From the NCBI GenBank assembly GCA_902515355.1, contig CABXUA010000002.1:15164-79163 (forward strand): 64,000 nt of DNA, written 5' to 3'. The notes beneath the pieces were generated by a model. It was not told the DNA's origin. It was given only the letters and a program-made list of their open reading frames with translations, and ran no database searches. The stretch is from an uncultured Pelagibacteraceae bacterium (GTDB lineage: Bacteria > Pseudomonadota > Alphaproteobacteria > Pelagibacterales > Pelagibacteraceae). The position numbers and the translations under genes are program-made. Positions 61,693 through 64,000 of the stretch are shown piece by piece. Each line of letters begins with the position of its first letter. The stretch's first letter is position 1.

Positions 61693-63729
61693 ATGAATTC
61701 TTCTAATAATTTTTTTAAAGACCTTAATGAAACACAAAGAAAAGCAGTAACAGAAATTGAGGGCCCTTGCTTAGTCGCAGCTGGGGCTGGATCTGGAAAA
61801 ACAAAAGTTCTTACCACTAGATTAGCACATATTATTAATCAAAAAAAAGCTTGGCCTAATCAAGTACTATGCGTAACTTTTACAAATAAAGCTGCAAAAG
61901 AAATGCAAAATAGAGTTTTAAAACTTATTAATGGTAAGCCAAACTCAGTTCCTTGGCTAGGAACTTTCCATTCAACTAGTGTGAAATTTTTAAGAAGGCA
62001 TGCAGAAGCCTTGGATTTAAAAAGTAATTTTACAATACTAGATACTGATGATCAAAAAAAACTTTTAAGAAAAATATGTAAGGCAGAAAATATTGATGCA
62101 AAAAAAATATCCCCTTCATTTATAATAGCTATTATTGATAAATGGAAAAATAAGGGGCAACTCCCCGAAGACGTAAGCCTAAAGAAATCAGATAATTTAG
62201 AAAAATTAGTTTTAGGTGTTTACAAAATTTATCAAAATAAAATTAGAGACCTAAATTCGTGCGACTTTGGTGATCTTATTCTATATTGTGTTAAACTTTT
62301 TGAAAATCATAGCGATATAAGAGAATTATATAGGAATAATTTCAAATATATATTGGTCGACGAGTATCAGGATACTAATTTTATTCAGAATAAATGGCTA
62401 AATCTTTTAGTGAATGATAATAAAAATATTTGTTGCGTAGGAGATGATGATCAATCAATTTATAGCTGGAGAGGGGCTGAAATCAAAAATTTCTTAGATT
62501 TTGATAAAGTTTATAAAAATTGTAAAATTTTTAAATTGGAACAAAATTATAGATCAACAAAAAATATATTAGACACTGCTTCTTCGCTCATTGGACATAA
62601 CAATGATAGGGTTGAAAAAAAATTATGGTCATCCGGTGAAAAAGGTGAGTTAGTCAAATTAAATTGTTACCAGACCGGAAAGGATGAAGCAGAGAGGGTT
62701 TGTGATATTATCGAACGTGAACTAAAAAAAAAATATTCTCTAAATAATGTCTCAATTTTAGTGAGAGCGATACATCAAACTCGTGAATTCGAGGAGAGAT
62801 TTTTAAAAGTAGGACTGGGTTATAGAGTTATTGGGGGAATTAAATTTTATGAAAGAGCAGAGATTAAAGATGCTGTTTCATATTTAAGAATAGTTAATCA
62901 AAAATTTGATGATCTAGCTTTAGAGAGAGTTATTGGTGTACCTAAAAGAGGAGTAGGTGAAAGTACGATTAGCCAATTATATTTATTTGGCAATAGAGAT
63001 AAAATTTGTCTTGAGGACGCAATATTAAAAATGATTGAAATTAATCAGCTTAAGCCAAAAATTAAAATTAGCTTGTCTCAGTTATTAAATATGATTCATA
63101 AATGGAGAAAAGATTCAAAAAAAATGAAACATTACGATCTTTTAAAAATGATTTTGGACGAGTCAGGTTATTCCAAAATGATAAAAGACAAAAAAGATTT
63201 AGAAAACGAAAATAGGTTAGAAAATTTAAAAGAATTATTAAGGGCTATGCAAGATTATGATAGCTTACAAGCTTTTTTGGAACATGTTGCTTTAGCAACT
63301 TCCATAGATCAGGAATGGGAGGGAGAAAAGATTAATTTAATGACAATGCATGCTGCAAAAGGATTAGAGTTTGAAGTAGTTTTTCTTCCTGGGTGGGAAG
63401 AAGGTTTGTTTCCACACCAGAAATCCTTAGAGGAGAGTGGTGATTTTGCTTTAGAGGAAGAAAGAAGATTAGCTTATGTAGGAATTACAAGAGCTAAAAG
63501 AGAAGCCTTCATTTCTTTTGCTATGAAAAGAGCTTACCATGGAGACTGGAATGAAACTTTACCCTCAAGATTTATTAATGAAATCTCTGAAAAAAGTGTA
63601 GAAAAAAATCAGCCAACACTAAAAGAAATGCCGGAAGATTTTGAATTTAATCAAGACCAAAATTTTGAAACTAATGAGGAATACCGTAGTCCGGGTTGGG
63701 CTAGACTAAAAAAGAAATTAATTAAATAA
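61693..63729 (+). CDS. uvrD: UvrD/PcrA SF1 helicase
   Basis: AGAGSGKT, DEYQD, VGDDDQSIY, QNYRST, EERRLAYVGITRA. Confidence 0.93.
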   Translation: MNSSNNFFKDLNETQRKAVTEIEGPCLVAAGAGSGKTKVLTTRLAHIINQKKAWPNQVLCVTFTNKAAKEMQNRVLKLINGKPNSVPWLGTFHSTSVKFLRRHAEALDLKSNFTILDTDDQKKLLRKICKAENIDAKKISPSFIIAIIDKWKNKGQLPEDVSLKKSDNLEKLVLGVYKIYQNKIRDLNSCDFGDLILYCVKLFENHSDIRELYRNNFKYILVDEYQDTNFIQNKWLNLLVNDNKNICCVGDDDQSIYSWRGAEIKNFLDFDKVYKNCKIFKLEQNYRSTKNILDTASSLIGHNNDRVEKKLWSSGEKGELVKLNCYQTGKDEAERVCDIIERELKKKYSLNNVSILVRAIHQTREFEERFLKVGLGYRVIGGIKFYERAEIKDAVSYLRIVNQKFDDLALERVIGVPKRGVGESTISQLYLFGNRDKICLEDAILKMIEINQLKPKIKISLSQLLNMIHKWRKDSKKMKHYDLLKMILDESGYSKMIKDKKDLENENRLENLKELLRAMQDYDSLQAFLEHVALATSIDQEWEGEKINLMTMHAAKGLEFEVVFLPGWEEGLFPHQKSLEESGDFALEEERRLAYVGITRAKREAFISFAMKRAYHGDWNETLPSRFINEISEKSVEKNQPTLKEMPEDFEFNQDQNFETNEEYRSPGWARLKKKLIK

Positions 63730-63737
63730 AAATTCAG

Positions 63738-64000
63738 ATGAAATTAAAAAGTTTATTTAAACATTACAAGATAGATGGGTATATTATTCCAAAAAATGAT
63801 GAATATTTTAATGAATTTGTAGCTCCCTCTACTGATAGACTTAAATTTATTTCAAAATTTTCTGGCTCAGCAGGATTTTCTATAATCTTAAAAAATAAAA
63901 ATTATTTATTCGTTGACGGAAGATATACAATACAAGCTAAAATTCAATCTGGAAAAAAATTTAAAATTATTACTATACCTCAAAGATTTCCAAAAAATGT
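63738..64000 (+). CDS. Xaa-Pro aminopeptidase (5' part, runs off the window end)
   Basis: IDGYIIPKNDEYFNE...RLKFISKFSGSAG...LFVDGRYTIQA, creatinase-N motif. Confidence 0.85.
   Translation, partial: MKLKSLFKHYKIDGYIIPKNDEYFNEFVAPSTDRLKFISKFSGSAGFSIILKNKNYLFVDGRYTIQAKIQSGKKFKIITIPQRFPKN

Overview
AT-rich, densely packed alphaproteobacterial chromosome segment. Gene content, short intergenic spaces, SAM-II/SAM-V riboswitches and a permuted two-piece tmRNA point to a SAR11/Pelagibacterales-like genome (inference). About 90% is housekeeping or core metabolism: two branched-chain-type amino-acid ABC transporters, a light/redox cluster with a photolyase, metY under a tandem SAM-II + SAM-V riboswitch, a methylglycine oxidation cluster (DMG-dehydrogenase-like, etfBA, ETF-QO, soxBDAG), mreBCD-mrdA-rodA, leuA/ilvCHI, miaA, degP, hflKC, mrp, thyX, fumC and uvrD. 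The outstanding feature is a ~6.2 kb island (53560-59746) at the 3' end of the tmRNA gene. It is a polarised tandem array of integrase-free mini-cassettes. Each cassette ends in a copy of the tmRNA 3' end (25 bp, 24 bp, 14 bp, then a degenerate 15/19 copy, decaying with distance from tmRNA). The cassettes also carry their own families of 11-12-bp-periodic direct repeats resembling tyrosine-integrase arm sites, matched at both ends in cassettes 1 and 2. The cargo is mostly defence-like or envelope-related: a nuclease-EVE fusion, an orphan PD-(D/E)xK nuclease, a HindIII-family R-M pair, small secreted and membrane proteins, and a pseudoazurin. All calls were made by eye from sequence and motifs; no database searches were run.
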